A stretch of 64,000 bases of DNA from an uncultured delta proteobacterium (GTDB taxonomy: Bacteria; Myxococcota; Kuafuiibacteriia; Kuafuiibacteriales; Kuafuiibacteriaceae), in assembly GCA_963803435.1 (NCBI GenBank), contig CAWDML010000001.1, positions 2,176,001 through 2,240,000 on the forward strand, written 5' to 3'. The first letter of the stretch is position 1. Every line of letters begins with the position of its first letter. A model generated the notes under the pieces. It was not told the origin of the DNA and did not search any database. It was given only the letters and a program-made list of their open reading frames with translations. The position numbers and the translations under genes are program-made. Positions 33,811 to 43,673 of the stretch are shown piece after piece.

Positions 33811-35115
33811 GTGCCAATCCCCTTCGCGCTGGCCGCGGCCTGCTCGGTCCCCGAGACGGCCTGGCTGGCGCCTCCCGAGATCGGCCAGGCCGACCGTACC
33901 GCGATCCTCATCGTGGACCAGAGCGGCGAGGTCTCGGCCCACGCCTTTGCGCTCGACGGAGAGATCCGGCTCCGACCACCCCTCGCACTCGAGGGCTATG
34001 CAGACGTGGTGCTGGTGTTGCTGGACGTGCCGGTCACCGCGCTCGGCATCGAGGCGGGCCCCCTCGTCTATCCAGGCGTCGGCGAGGCGCTGCCTCCGGC
34101 GTCCGCGATCTTCAGCTCTCGTCTCGCGCACGGCAGCCTCACCCCCTGGCAGGAGGAGGACGTCAATCCTGCGCTGGTCACGCAGCTCAGGCTCCCCGGT
34201 CCCGGCGTCGATCCATGTCGACCGCTCGAGGTGAGCGTGACGCATCTGGGCGTGAACGCGCCGCCGCTCTTCCTCCAGCCGCTCGACGATCGAACGGTGC
34301 TCGTGGGCCTCGACACTGGTGAGGTCTTCAGCGTGACCGCGACCGCCGCGATCCCGCTCACGTTGGAACCCGAGCAGGTGCTCACGGCCGCGTACCGCGA
34401 CGAGCGCGGCCAGCTGTGGGTGTCGACGCGCTCGGCCGAGCCAGCGCGCGTGTGGCGCGCGACGCTGGAGGTCGATCGGCTGATGCTCGCTCCGATCACC
34501 ACTGCGACGGATGGCCCCGAGCTGAGCGCGCTCGCCGTGGAGGACGACGGCGCCCGCGTGCTCGGCCTCTCCAAGACCGAGCTGGTGGAGCATCGCGACG
34601 GACGCTGGCGGTCGGCGGCGACGTTCGGGCGGGGCTCGCAGATCGGCGGTATGGCGCGGGACAATCGCGGCGACTGGATCGCGGTGGTCCAGCGAGCCAC
34701 CGACATCGTCCGTCTCTCGCCCGACGGCGTCGCATCGCTGGAGCAGATCCCCGGCGCCGGCGCCGTCACCGCGGTCGCGTTGCTCGAAGGCCACGGCGTC
34801 ACCGTCGGCAGCAACGATGGCGGTCTGTACTCCGAGGCCGAGCTCGGCTGGGTCTCGTTCGCGGACGTCGGTGTGGAAGCCGCGGTGCAATCGTTGGTCG
34901 CGCTCCCCGAGGGACTGCTGGTCGGCTCCCGCAACGGCTTCGGCGTTCACTGGGACGCGGGCCGCGGCCGATGCCCGGACCAGCTCCTCCTGAGCACGGT
35001 GAAGGATCTGACCGGCGCGGTACCGCTCGCCGGCGGGGCGGCGCTGGCGCCGCTGCGCACCTGGACCCCCGAAGACGGCGACGCGCCCGTGGTCTTCGTG
35101 CAACCGACCAGATGA
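33811..35115 (+). CDS. Hypothetical secreted/lipoprotein, possibly beta-propeller
   Basis: LAAAC lipobox-like; beta-rich repeats. Confidence 0.55.
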   Translation: MPIPFALAAACSVPETAWLAPPEIGQADRTAILIVDQSGEVSAHAFALDGEIRLRPPLALEGYADVVLVLLDVPVTALGIEAGPLVYPGVGEALPPASAIFSSRLAHGSLTPWQEEDVNPALVTQLRLPGPGVDPCRPLEVSVTHLGVNAPPLFLQPLDDRTVLVGLDTGEVFSVTATAAIPLTLEPEQVLTAAYRDERGQLWVSTRSAEPARVWRATLEVDRLMLAPITTATDGPELSALAVEDDGARVLGLSKTELVEHRDGRWRSAATFGRGSQIGGMARDNRGDWIAVVQRATDIVRLSPDGVASLEQIPGAGAVTAVALLEGHGVTVGSNDGGLYSEAELGWVSFADVGVEAAVQSLVALPEGLLVGSRNGFGVHWDAGRGRCPDQLLLSTVKDLTGAVPLAGGAALAPLRTWTPEDGDAPVVFVQPTR

Positions 35116-35183
35116 GGTCCGTTCCTGGTGCGGCCCATCAGAATTCCGTGGTCTTCTCAGCGCTGCACGATGAAGCTCGAACG

Positions 35184-36323
35184 ATGATCGGTGGCACCCG
35201 CCTTGCGGGCGACGGGCGCGTGCAGCAATCGCTGATCGTCGGGCTCGCTCTGTGTAGCTGGTGGGGATGCACCGCGCCCGAGCCGGACCCCGGAGGTGGA
35301 GACGCAGCCACAGCGGACGCCGGGACCCACGACGCGGGGAGTGATCCCGGCCCGTGTCCGCCGGGCTCGACGCGCATGCAGTACTCGCTCACGCCCGTGG
35401 ACCCGCTCCCCTCGGTCTCGATGCTCGTGCTCCCGCACCCGCTCCCCAGCACGGAGATCGTGGCCGCCGGAACCGGCGGCGCCTTCAGCGCCCGCTTCGA
35501 TGTCTGCGACGACGGCGGCGGCGCCAAGCTGAGGGCGCTCCTCGTCACCGCCGGTGCGCTGGAAGCCCCCAGCCTCTATCGATGGGACGACACCATCGAC
35601 ACGCCCGTGGAGCGCGTGGTGGAGGTCGACGAGGGCTTCGTGTTCGAGCACAGGCTTCCGCCCAGCGCCTTCTCGGTGACGGGGCTCGAGGCCGCCCTCG
35701 CCGGGGACCTGGCCGCGCTGAAGGTCCGGCTCATCAGCGAGTCCGGCCTGCTGATCGTGGGACAGGAAGGATTCCTGGCGCTCGCATCCGGGAGGGTCGG
35801 CGCCGACTCGATCGAGTACACCTCCATCTTCGTGGTGGTCGGCGGTCTCGCACCTGGGGACGTGTTCGCGAACCTCGAGTGTGGCTTCAGCGAGCAACCG
35901 CTCGCGACCTCATTTACCATGGCGACCGCGGTGTTCGACGTCCAGGCATGCGCGTTCCTCGGCGAGGGAGAGACCACGGGATACCGGATCACGAGCTTCG
36001 CCGTACAGGACTCGAGCAGCGAGCTTTCGGAGACGGAGCGCCAGCGCCAGCAGTTCACGGGCGAGGCGGAGGTCGAGAGCGTCCTCGACTACGTCTACAA
36101 CCACCACAACGCCTGCGACTCGTTCCATCTCGCGCTCCCGGGCGCGGACTACGCGGCCACCACCTCACCGCTGGCGGGCTGCGGCAACGCGGTTCCGGAC
36201 GCTCCCCAGCGAAACTTCAACGAGGACCCGACCAGCCCGGTGAAGTTTCGAATCCGCTACCACGGCGGAGCGTGGATGGAGGGCGAGATGACCGGATGCA
36301 CGCACTACCTGTTCTGCAACTGA
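35184..36323 (+). CDS. Hypothetical lipoprotein
   Basis: WWGC lipobox-like, DAG linker, Cys-containing C-terminal domain. Confidence 0.6.
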   Translation: MIGGTRLAGDGRVQQSLIVGLALCSWWGCTAPEPDPGGGDAATADAGTHDAGSDPGPCPPGSTRMQYSLTPVDPLPSVSMLVLPHPLPSTEIVAAGTGGAFSARFDVCDDGGGAKLRALLVTAGALEAPSLYRWDDTIDTPVERVVEVDEGFVFEHRLPPSAFSVTGLEAALAGDLAALKVRLISESGLLIVGQEGFLALASGRVGADSIEYTSIFVVVGGLAPGDVFANLECGFSEQPLATSFTMATAVFDVQACAFLGEGETTGYRITSFAVQDSSSELSETERQRQQFTGEAEVESVLDYVYNHHNACDSFHLALPGADYAATTSPLAGCGNAVPDAPQRNFNEDPTSPVKFRIRYHGGAWMEGEMTGCTHYLFCN

Positions 36324-36329
36324 CCGTCA

Positions 36330-36572
36330 CACGCGTCCGGAGAAGTGATCGTAGCTGCTCACCAGCGAGATGAAGCAACGCCAAGTAGTGCGGCCGTCGA
36401 CAACCCACGCGAGCCGTGGAGAACAACGCCCTCGAGCGTCTGCGGCACGAGCCACTTGTCGTGAACGTTCGCGCCCGAGATCTTCTCCGCTGCCAGCGGG
36501 ACACCGCGCCCATCCGTGAGGATATGCCGCTTCACGCCGGACTTGGCGCGATCGGTGGGATTGGGACCCTCT
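36330..36572 (-). mobile_element. IS5-family transposase remnant (internally deleted)
   Basis: Minus strand encodes GPNPTDRAKSGVKRHILTDGRGVPLA..GANVHD, joined to HYLALLHLA. Confidence 0.85.
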
Positions 36573-36573
36573 G

Positions 36574-37400
36574 AGAGCCGGTCCGAAAACCTCCGGACCG
36601 TTCCGCGCTTCCTGTTTCGCTCGTTCTGCTCATTCGCTATTCAAAGCGGCCGTTGTTGCATCGTGCTCGATCGAGTGTTCTGCAGAGTCGATGCAGGCAA
36701 GATTCGCAAGTCTTCCGGACGCCCTGTGGAAACGCATTGAGCCGTGACTCCCGAAGCGAGGTCCAAGGCCGCGGGGAGGTCGCCCGCGGGTTGCGGATCG
36801 CGTCGTGATGGCAGGTATCGTCTATCGCCTTCGGACAGGGGTGCCAGTGGAAGGCCCTGCCGCGCGAGTTCAGCTCCGGTTCGACGTGCCACAGTCGATT
36901 CGCGGCATGGTGCGCAGCAGGGATCTTCACCGCGATCTTCGCTGAGCTGCTGCGGTACTACGACAGGAGGCGCGGCATACAGTGGAAGTGGACTTCACTC
37001 GACAGCGCGATCGTCAAGGCTCCAAAAGGGGACCTGACCGGTCCGAACCCGACGGATCGAGCCAAGCGAGGCGTGAAGCGTCACGTGCTCACGACACTCA
37101 CGGATGGTCGTGGTGTTCCGTTGGCGGTCGAGATCTCAGGCGCGAACGTGCACGACAAGTGGCGGGTGGAGCAGACGCTCGACGGCGTCGTCCTACGGGG
37201 CTCCCGCGGTCTGCACTCGCTGGCTGTGTCCGCGGTAGGCCGCAGCGCTGGGTTGTCGAGCGCACGAACGCTTGGCACAACCAGTTCCGCGCATGACTCG
37301 TGCGGTGGGAACGAACGGGATCGCGGTATCTCGGGCTGGTTCATCTTGCGTGCGCGATCATCGCGTTCCAGCAGGCTCGATGACTTCCCTGATCGAGCCT
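36574..37400 (+). mobile_element. IS5-family element, transposase pseudogene (ATG 36691 to stop 37383)
   Basis: LWKRIEP*, LRTG/CQW..LP, DSAIVKAP, GPNPTDRAK, RWVVERTNAW; in-frame stops, frameshifts and an internal deletion. Confidence 0.9.
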
Positions 37401-37524
37401 TCGCCGTCTTGATGGAGCTCGTCAGAATCGCAGAGAGTTCGTTGGCCTCTCGGATCAGCGAAGCGATCTCCGCTCCCTGCATCAGCTCCGGATCGGCAAG
37501 ACGCAACCAGTACAGCGACTCGCG
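37399..37524 (-). pseudogene. Four-helix-bundle protein (23S rRNA IVP/TIGR02436-like) C-terminal fragment
   Basis: RESLYWLRL..LIREANELSAILTSSIKTAK. Confidence 0.65.
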
Positions 37525-37680
37525 GATCGTTCTGCGATGTCATCGCCCTTCATCGCCGGATCGAACAGCGAATGACAGAACGAGTCGAGTAGACCCCAGC
37601 CCGCCGTACCAGACGCACGGGCCAGCAGCCCCTCCTCAAACCGTACGTGCAGGTTTCCTGCATACGGCTTCCCTTGTCTT

Positions 37681-38181
37681 TCACCGCACAGACCTTGGAG
37701 TTGCTGACTTGAAAGCCCGAGGCGACCACCAGCGTTCAAGCCCATGCTTGCGCCAGAGGGCGTCCTCTTGCACGAGCGACCATGCAGGCCGGGGCGCGTT
37801 GTGCTTCCGCGCCCACCACCGCGCAATACGCTGCGCTATGTAATGATCCAGCTTGGCTTTCGTCCGTTGCCGGATCCGTCCGAAGTATCCCCTTGCTCCG
37901 CGGATGTAGCTGTTGAGTTGCCCGATTTCTTCTTCGAGGCTCAACGAGGTCCACCTTGTCCGCCGGCGGAGTTGGTCGTGTACGCGGTCGCGCGCCTTCC
38001 GCGACATTTCCAACCGCATTCGTCCGTTCCGCCATCGGACCTCGTGTCCGAGGAAAGCAAAGCCGTCCGACGCGTGCGTCACGCGAGTTTTCTCCGGATG
38101 AAGCGATAGCCCCAAGCGGCCCAACAGGGTCTTGATCCAGGACAATTCGCGATCCGGTCGGCGTCGTGTGAGCACGACGAG
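37681..38181 (-). pseudogene. Outer intron RT/maturase, C-terminal part (post-YADD RT6-7 and X domain)
   Basis: LVVL..LGLSLHPEKTR..FAFLG..LNSYIRGARGYF; no endonuclease domain. Confidence 0.9.
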
Positions 38182-38483
38182 GTGAGTCGCCCGGGGGAGT
38201 CTCACCCCCGGGCGCTCGCAGAACCGTACGTGAACCTCTCAGCTCATACGGCTCCCCTCATCCAGCCGCAGGTCGAATTCCCAGCAGATCCCAGTGAGCG
38301 AAGAGCTTCGGATCACGGCGCGCAATGCGTCCGATCCAGTACTCGGCTCGCCGGTGATGGTGCCTCAACCTCATACGGCTTTGCTTCCTTCGCGCGGTTC
38401 CTCCCGATCTTCGGTTGACCGCCAATCGAAGCTGAATGACGCGACCCCTTCGGTCCCTCCGCTTTCGCGGAGCTCATCCCTAG
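38182..38483 (-). mobile_element. Inner (nested) group II intron, class-D-like, DIII-DVI only, ORF deleted
   Basis: 34-nt DV GAGCCGTATGAGCTGAGAGGTTCACGTACGGTTC (38221-38254), DVI ending CGACTCAC; IEP ends AKPYEV and [16 protein letters not shown] are fused. Confidence 0.85.
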
Positions 38484-38657
38484 GTCGGGCCCGGGCGCGC
38501 CTCGGTTGGCTCTTGCCAACGCGTAGGCATGCGCCAGGATGTCCGGACGGTAGACCTTGTCGTAGAGCGCGTAGAAGCGGAACTTCGGCTCCTTCTTGGC
38601 CCGTCGGTACAGCGCCCTTTGCAGCTCCCGGATCTTCGAAGGAGTTTCTAGCGTCAT
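38484..38657 (-). pseudogene. Outer intron RT, N-terminal part (RT0)
   Basis: [40 protein letters not shown]. Confidence 0.9.
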
Positions 38658-38858
38658 CGCAATCCCCCGTCCTTCGCGGCAATGGGTGGCATCGACAAGT
38701 AGAGCCCCTTCCCTCCAGCGGTTTTCACTGCCTTCTCAGGTACTACGGACTCGTCCGACTCCTCGCCGGCCCGCGCGCCTCGGCTTGCGGCCTTGTGCGT
38801 GCGCTGCGGTGGCCATCCGCGCCGGTCGAGGTCTCCCGCGTTCAACGTCTTCCTTTCT

Positions 38859-40127
<1,269 letters not shown>

Positions 40128-40141
40128 GGGATGCTCCTGTC

Positions 40142-40225
40142 GCTGGCCCTGCTGGTGTTACGGAAGCACACCCCAGCAGGCCCAGCTGCCGTCAGGTGCG
40201 TTCCCGCAGATCTCCATCCTCGCTG
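40142..40225 (-). promoter_or_regulatory. Candidate structured 5' leader of aspS
   Basis: Long imperfect hairpin GCTGGGCCTGCTGGGGTGT..ACACCAGCAGGGCCAGC abutting the AGGAG RBS. Confidence 0.45.
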
Positions 40226-40319
40226 GAGTGCATGACCCCTCGATAATCGAAGGCGCGCCGAAGAGTCAAACCGGCGCCGCGCTGGCGCGAGCTCGGCACG
40301 CCTGCGACACTCGCGCGCG

Positions 40320-40997
40320 ATGCGGGCCTACGGCTGGCTCCTCCTCGCCTGCGCCTCCTGTCGGGCACACGAGGTGACCGTCGAGGACCTCGCCCCCGAC
40401 GGTGACGCTCTCACTCGCGTCGAGCTCGGGACGATCCAGCGGATCGCGGATACCACGGCTTTGGAGGTGAGGCGGCTCTTGCCGCAGCTCCCGTCGCCGC
40501 TGGTCCTCCGGGTCGGGACCGGCCACCACGTGATCGCGGAGACGGGAGAGGCGGGCACGACCCTCGGTCCCAACGTCGTGTACTGGACCGTCGATCCCGA
40601 GCGCGGCGTGGTGGAGGTGGCCGAGCACCAGCTGCGCGCGACCCTGTTCCACGAGCTGCACCACCTGGTGCGCGAGCGGACGATCGCTCGCGCGTCGGTC
40701 CTGGACGCCGCGATCACCGAGGGTCTGGCCACCGTGTTCGAGCGCGACTTCGCCGGCGCCCGCGTGCCGTGGGGCGAGTACCCTCCCGACGTCTCGGCGT
40801 GGGTCGACGAGATACGCGCGCTGCCGCCCGACGCACCGCACGATCGATGGATGTTCACGCACCCCGACGGCCGGCGATGGATCGCCTTCAAGGTCGGAAC
40901 CTACCTGGTCGATCGCGCGATCGCCGCCACCCGAAGATCCTGCGCCGCGCTGGTCTCCACCCCCACTGCGGACATCGTATCGATGGCCGGGCGGTAG
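40320..40997 (+). CDS. DUF2268-like Zn-dependent protease
   Basis: FHELHH..EGLA zincin motif. Confidence 0.75.
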   Translation: MRAYGWLLLACASCRAHEVTVEDLAPDGDALTRVELGTIQRIADTTALEVRRLLPQLPSPLVLRVGTGHHVIAETGEAGTTLGPNVVYWTVDPERGVVEVAEHQLRATLFHELHHLVRERTIARASVLDAAITEGLATVFERDFAGARVPWGEYPPDVSAWVDEIRALPPDAPHDRWMFTHPDGRRWIAFKVGTYLVDRAIAATRRSCAALVSTPTADIVSMAGR

Positions 40998-41100
40998 GCG
41001 TTCGAGAACGGCGCCGGGCTCGCTGCCCGCGACTCCCGCGCGGACCGTGCAACGAGCCGCTCGCGCTCACGAGCTTCGGACCCTTGAGCTCGAGGAACGG

Positions 41101-41116
41101 CGGCACCTCGGTTGCA
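41101..41116 (+). promoter_or_regulatory. Candidate sigma-54 promoter
   Basis: CGGCACCTCGGTTGCA: GG-N10-GC with GGCAC/TTGCA consensus. Confidence 0.45.
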
Positions 41117-41128
41117 TGCGCTCAACAC

Positions 41129-41725
41129 ATGGATCCCAGGCCGAATCATCCAATCTTGAGAGCCGAGATAGCCGGCGTGCTCCACCGATGGCCGTGGCTG
41201 CTGGCGCTCGGCCTGTTCATGATCCTCGTCGGCGCATTTGCGCTCACCTCCGCGATCGCCGCGACGGTCGCCTCAGTGGTCTTCATCGGTAGCCTGCTCA
41301 TCATCGCCGGCATCGCTCATGTTGCGCTGGCGCTGTCCTCGCGCGGCTGGAGGGGGCGAGGCCTCTACCTCCTGAGCGGAGTTCTCGCGATCGTCACCGG
41401 CTTCGTGCTGGTCGCGAGACCGGGGATCGGAGCGGAGGTGCTCACGCTCGTGGTGGGCCTCCTCTTCCTCGTCGGCGGATCGATGCGCATCGTCTCCGCA
41501 GTGGCAGATCGCTTCCCCAGCTGGGGATGGTCGCTGGCGAGCGGAATCCTTGCCGCCGTGCTGGGCCTCCTCGTCATCGCGAGCTGGCCCCTGTCGGGGA
41601 CCTGGTTCCTCGGGATGTACCTCGGATTCGATTTCATCTTCAGCGGTGTCACCTGGGTGGCGTTGAGCCTGGCGCTTCGCCGGCTCGCGACGCCTGCGGC
41701 TCGGCTTCATCCGACCCCGGTCTGA
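41129..41725 (+). CDS. HdeD family membrane protein
   Basis: 6 TM; W..LLALG, WP.SGTWFLG..LG.D. Confidence 0.88.
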   Translation: MDPRPNHPILRAEIAGVLHRWPWLLALGLFMILVGAFALTSAIAATVASVVFIGSLLIIAGIAHVALALSSRGWRGRGLYLLSGVLAIVTGFVLVARPGIGAEVLTLVVGLLFLVGGSMRIVSAVADRFPSWGWSLASGILAAVLGLLVIASWPLSGTWFLGMYLGFDFIFSGVTWVALSLALRRLATPAARLHPTPV

Positions 41726-41731
41726 GCCGGC

Positions 41732-43018
41732 TCAATTTCCGGGCGGCGCGCAACCCATGAACGTCTGCTCGGTTGGATCGAAGAGCGCCCGGCACACGTA
41801 GTCGGGGGTCCGGCAGTCGCCGGCGCCGGCGCACTCCTTCACGCACAGGCCGTCGAAGTCGAGCGCGCATCGGGATCCGGTGGGGCAGGCGCTGTCGACG
41901 CAAAACGCGGTGCAGTAGCCGCCCGGGAAGGCGGAGACGCAGACGGCCGCAAAGGGCGTACCGTACTCCGCGCAATCGCCGGCGACGGTGCACGGGTCTC
42001 CGATGGCGCCCGACGGTCCCCCGTTACAGTCGGAGTCGCTCGCCATCGTGCACTGCGACGGGCAGCATCCGTCGCCGCCGGCGCAGGCCGTGATCGGAGT
42101 GACGATGCAGTCCGCGTTGCAGGTAGCCGGGCTCCCCACGTAGGTCGCGACCTCGCAGGCGCCGCCGGTGCAGCTGGTCGGGCAGTCGCCGTCGCAGGTC
42201 TCGCCGGGATCGACGGTACCGTTGCCGCACGTGGTCGAGCAGTCGTCGTCCGCGCCGGCACATCCCGCCGGACAGCAGCCGTCGCCGCTCTGACACTGTG
42301 TGATCAATTGCCGTCCGCAAGCGACGTTGCAGGTAGCGGCGCTGCCGGTAAGGATGTCGATGGTGCAGGCGTTGCCGTCGTCGCAGCTCGACGGGCAATC
42401 GCCGTCGCAGGATTCGCCGCTGTCGATCGTCCCGTCGCCGCAAGTGGACGAGCAGTCCGAGTCCATTCCGGCGCAACCGGCCGGGCAGCAGCCGTCTCCC
42501 GCCGTACACGCCGTGATCGGAGTGAAGGTGCAGCTGAAGCTGCAGCTCGAGATCGATCCGATGGCGGCGTCGACAGTGCAGGCCACCCCGTCGTTGCAGC
42601 TGGCAGGGCAGTTGCCGTCGCACGTCTCACCCGGATCGATCACGCCGTCGCCGCAGGTCGCGGAGCAGTCGTCGTCGTTGGCGTTGTCGCAGCCCTCCGG
42701 GCAGCAGCCGTCGCCGTTGGTGCAGTTCTGGATCGGCGTGGACGTGCAGGAGGCGTTGCAGGTGGCAGCGCTCCCGCTGAGCGTGTCGGTCGTGCATGCG
42801 CTCCCATCCGAGCACGCAGCCGGGCAGGCGCCCGCCGCGCCGGCGGCGATCGCCTTGTCGCAGGTCTCACCCGGATCGATGGCCCCGTTGCCGCACTTGT
42901 TTCCCGAGCCGGGCGGACGCGGGTTGCCCGACGGGCGGGATCGGGGAGACGGGCACGCGGTCGCGAGGGCCGTCAGGAGGAGCAGGGGAAGGAGAGAACG
43001 AAGCATTCCGCCCCGCAT
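41732..43018 (-). CDS. Cys-rich repeat lipoprotein (myxobacterial type)
   Basis: Lipobox ATAC; four ~68-aa repeats CG.G.IDPGETCD..C..GS..TCN..C...IT.C..GDGCCP. Confidence 0.85.
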   Translation of the reverse strand: MRGGMLRSLLPLLLLTALATACPSPRSRPSGNPRPPGSGNKCGNGAIDPGETCDKAIAAGAAGACPAACSDGSACTTDTLSGSAATCNASCTSTPIQNCTNGDGCCPEGCDNANDDDCSATCGDGVIDPGETCDGNCPASCNDGVACTVDAAIGSISSCSFSCTFTPITACTAGDGCCPAGCAGMDSDCSSTCGDGTIDSGESCDGDCPSSCDDGNACTIDILTGSAATCNVACGRQLITQCQSGDGCCPAGCAGADDDCSTTCGNGTVDPGETCDGDCPTSCTGGACEVATYVGSPATCNADCIVTPITACAGGDGCCPSQCTMASDSDCNGGPSGAIGDPCTVAGDCAEYGTPFAAVCVSAFPGGYCTAFCVDSACPTGSRCALDFDGLCVKECAGAGDCRTPDYVCRALFDPTEQTFMGCAPPGN

Positions 43019-43044
43019 ACTACGGCGGCGGGGATGAGATCTGC

Positions 43045-43668
43045 CTACTCTTTCTTGGCCTCGATCGCCTCGTTGTAGGAGGTGTTCTGTACCAGCTCCG
43101 TCAGTCGCGCTGCGAACGTTCGCACCAGATCCGCGCGTCCGCGTTGCTCGGCGTCCTTGAGCGCTCGCCGCGTGGTGAAGAACGCTCGCTCAGAATTCAC
43201 GAAGTACTCGACGGCGAGCAAGGTGGCTTGCAGGGCTGAGGCCGTGATCGAACGGGTGGAAGCCACGAACTCGAAGTCGTCCCCCTTCTCGTTGCCGACC
43301 ACCAGCCGGACCTCGCCGACGGCGTCGGTGTGGGATCGCTGCTGGCTGTCGTCGAGCTTCGCGTCGATCGAGAAGCCGACGAACGTCAGCGTCCGCAGGG
43401 AGAGGTACTCGGGTGAGAGCTGCTGGATCAGCCCGTGGAAGAACGCGTCGACCACGCCGACGCCATCGCCCTTCACGGTGCGCCGGCGGGTGTCGTCTCC
43501 TTCGAGACCCGGCGGCGCGATCGTCGCCTCGACCTTGGTCCGGCCTTTCTGGAGATCCTCCTCGATCACGCACTTCTCGAGGATGAGCTCGAGATAGTCG
43601 TCGCGCAGGACCTCGCGCATCAGACGTTCGCTTCTTTCCTGAGTCTCCTTCACGTCACCCGAGATCAT
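43045..43668 (-). CDS. Stand-alone LeuA allosteric/dimerisation-like domain protein
   Basis: GDGVGVVDAF, F..FSI, TDAVGEV, SITASALQA. Confidence 0.55.
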   Translation of the reverse strand: MISGDVKETQERSERLMREVLRDDYLELILEKCVIEEDLQKGRTKVEATIAPPGLEGDDTRRRTVKGDGVGVVDAFFHGLIQQLSPEYLSLRTLTFVGFSIDAKLDDSQQRSHTDAVGEVRLVVGNEKGDDFEFVASTRSITASALQATLLAVEYFVNSERAFFTTRRALKDAEQRGRADLVRTFAARLTELVQNTSYNEAIEAKKE

Positions 43669-43673
43669 GAGCG

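Larger units (their letters stand above)
37584..38850 (-). mobile_element. Outer group II intron, 5'-truncated and internally deleted
   Basis: DV AAGCCGTATGCAGGAAACCTGCACGTACGGTTT, DVI ending CTACTCGAC at 37584; DII/DIII-type GAGTCGGACGAGTCCGTAGTACC..GGAGGGAAGGGG upstream of the ORF. Confidence 0.9.

Noticed and set aside
36745-36747. In-frame TGA as recoding (selenocysteine or readthrough) in the transposase
   Set aside because: The same element has further stops, frameshifts and deletions; it is a pseudogene.
37399-38657. Diversity-generating retroelement (Avd-like fragment plus RT)
   Set aside because: The RT pieces are group II intron IEPs flanked by DV/DVI; no TR/VR repeat pair with adenine-specific mismatches was seen.
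40128-40245. T-box riboswitch for aspS
   Set aside because: The leader is too short and lacks the T-box UGGNACC antiterminator consensus.
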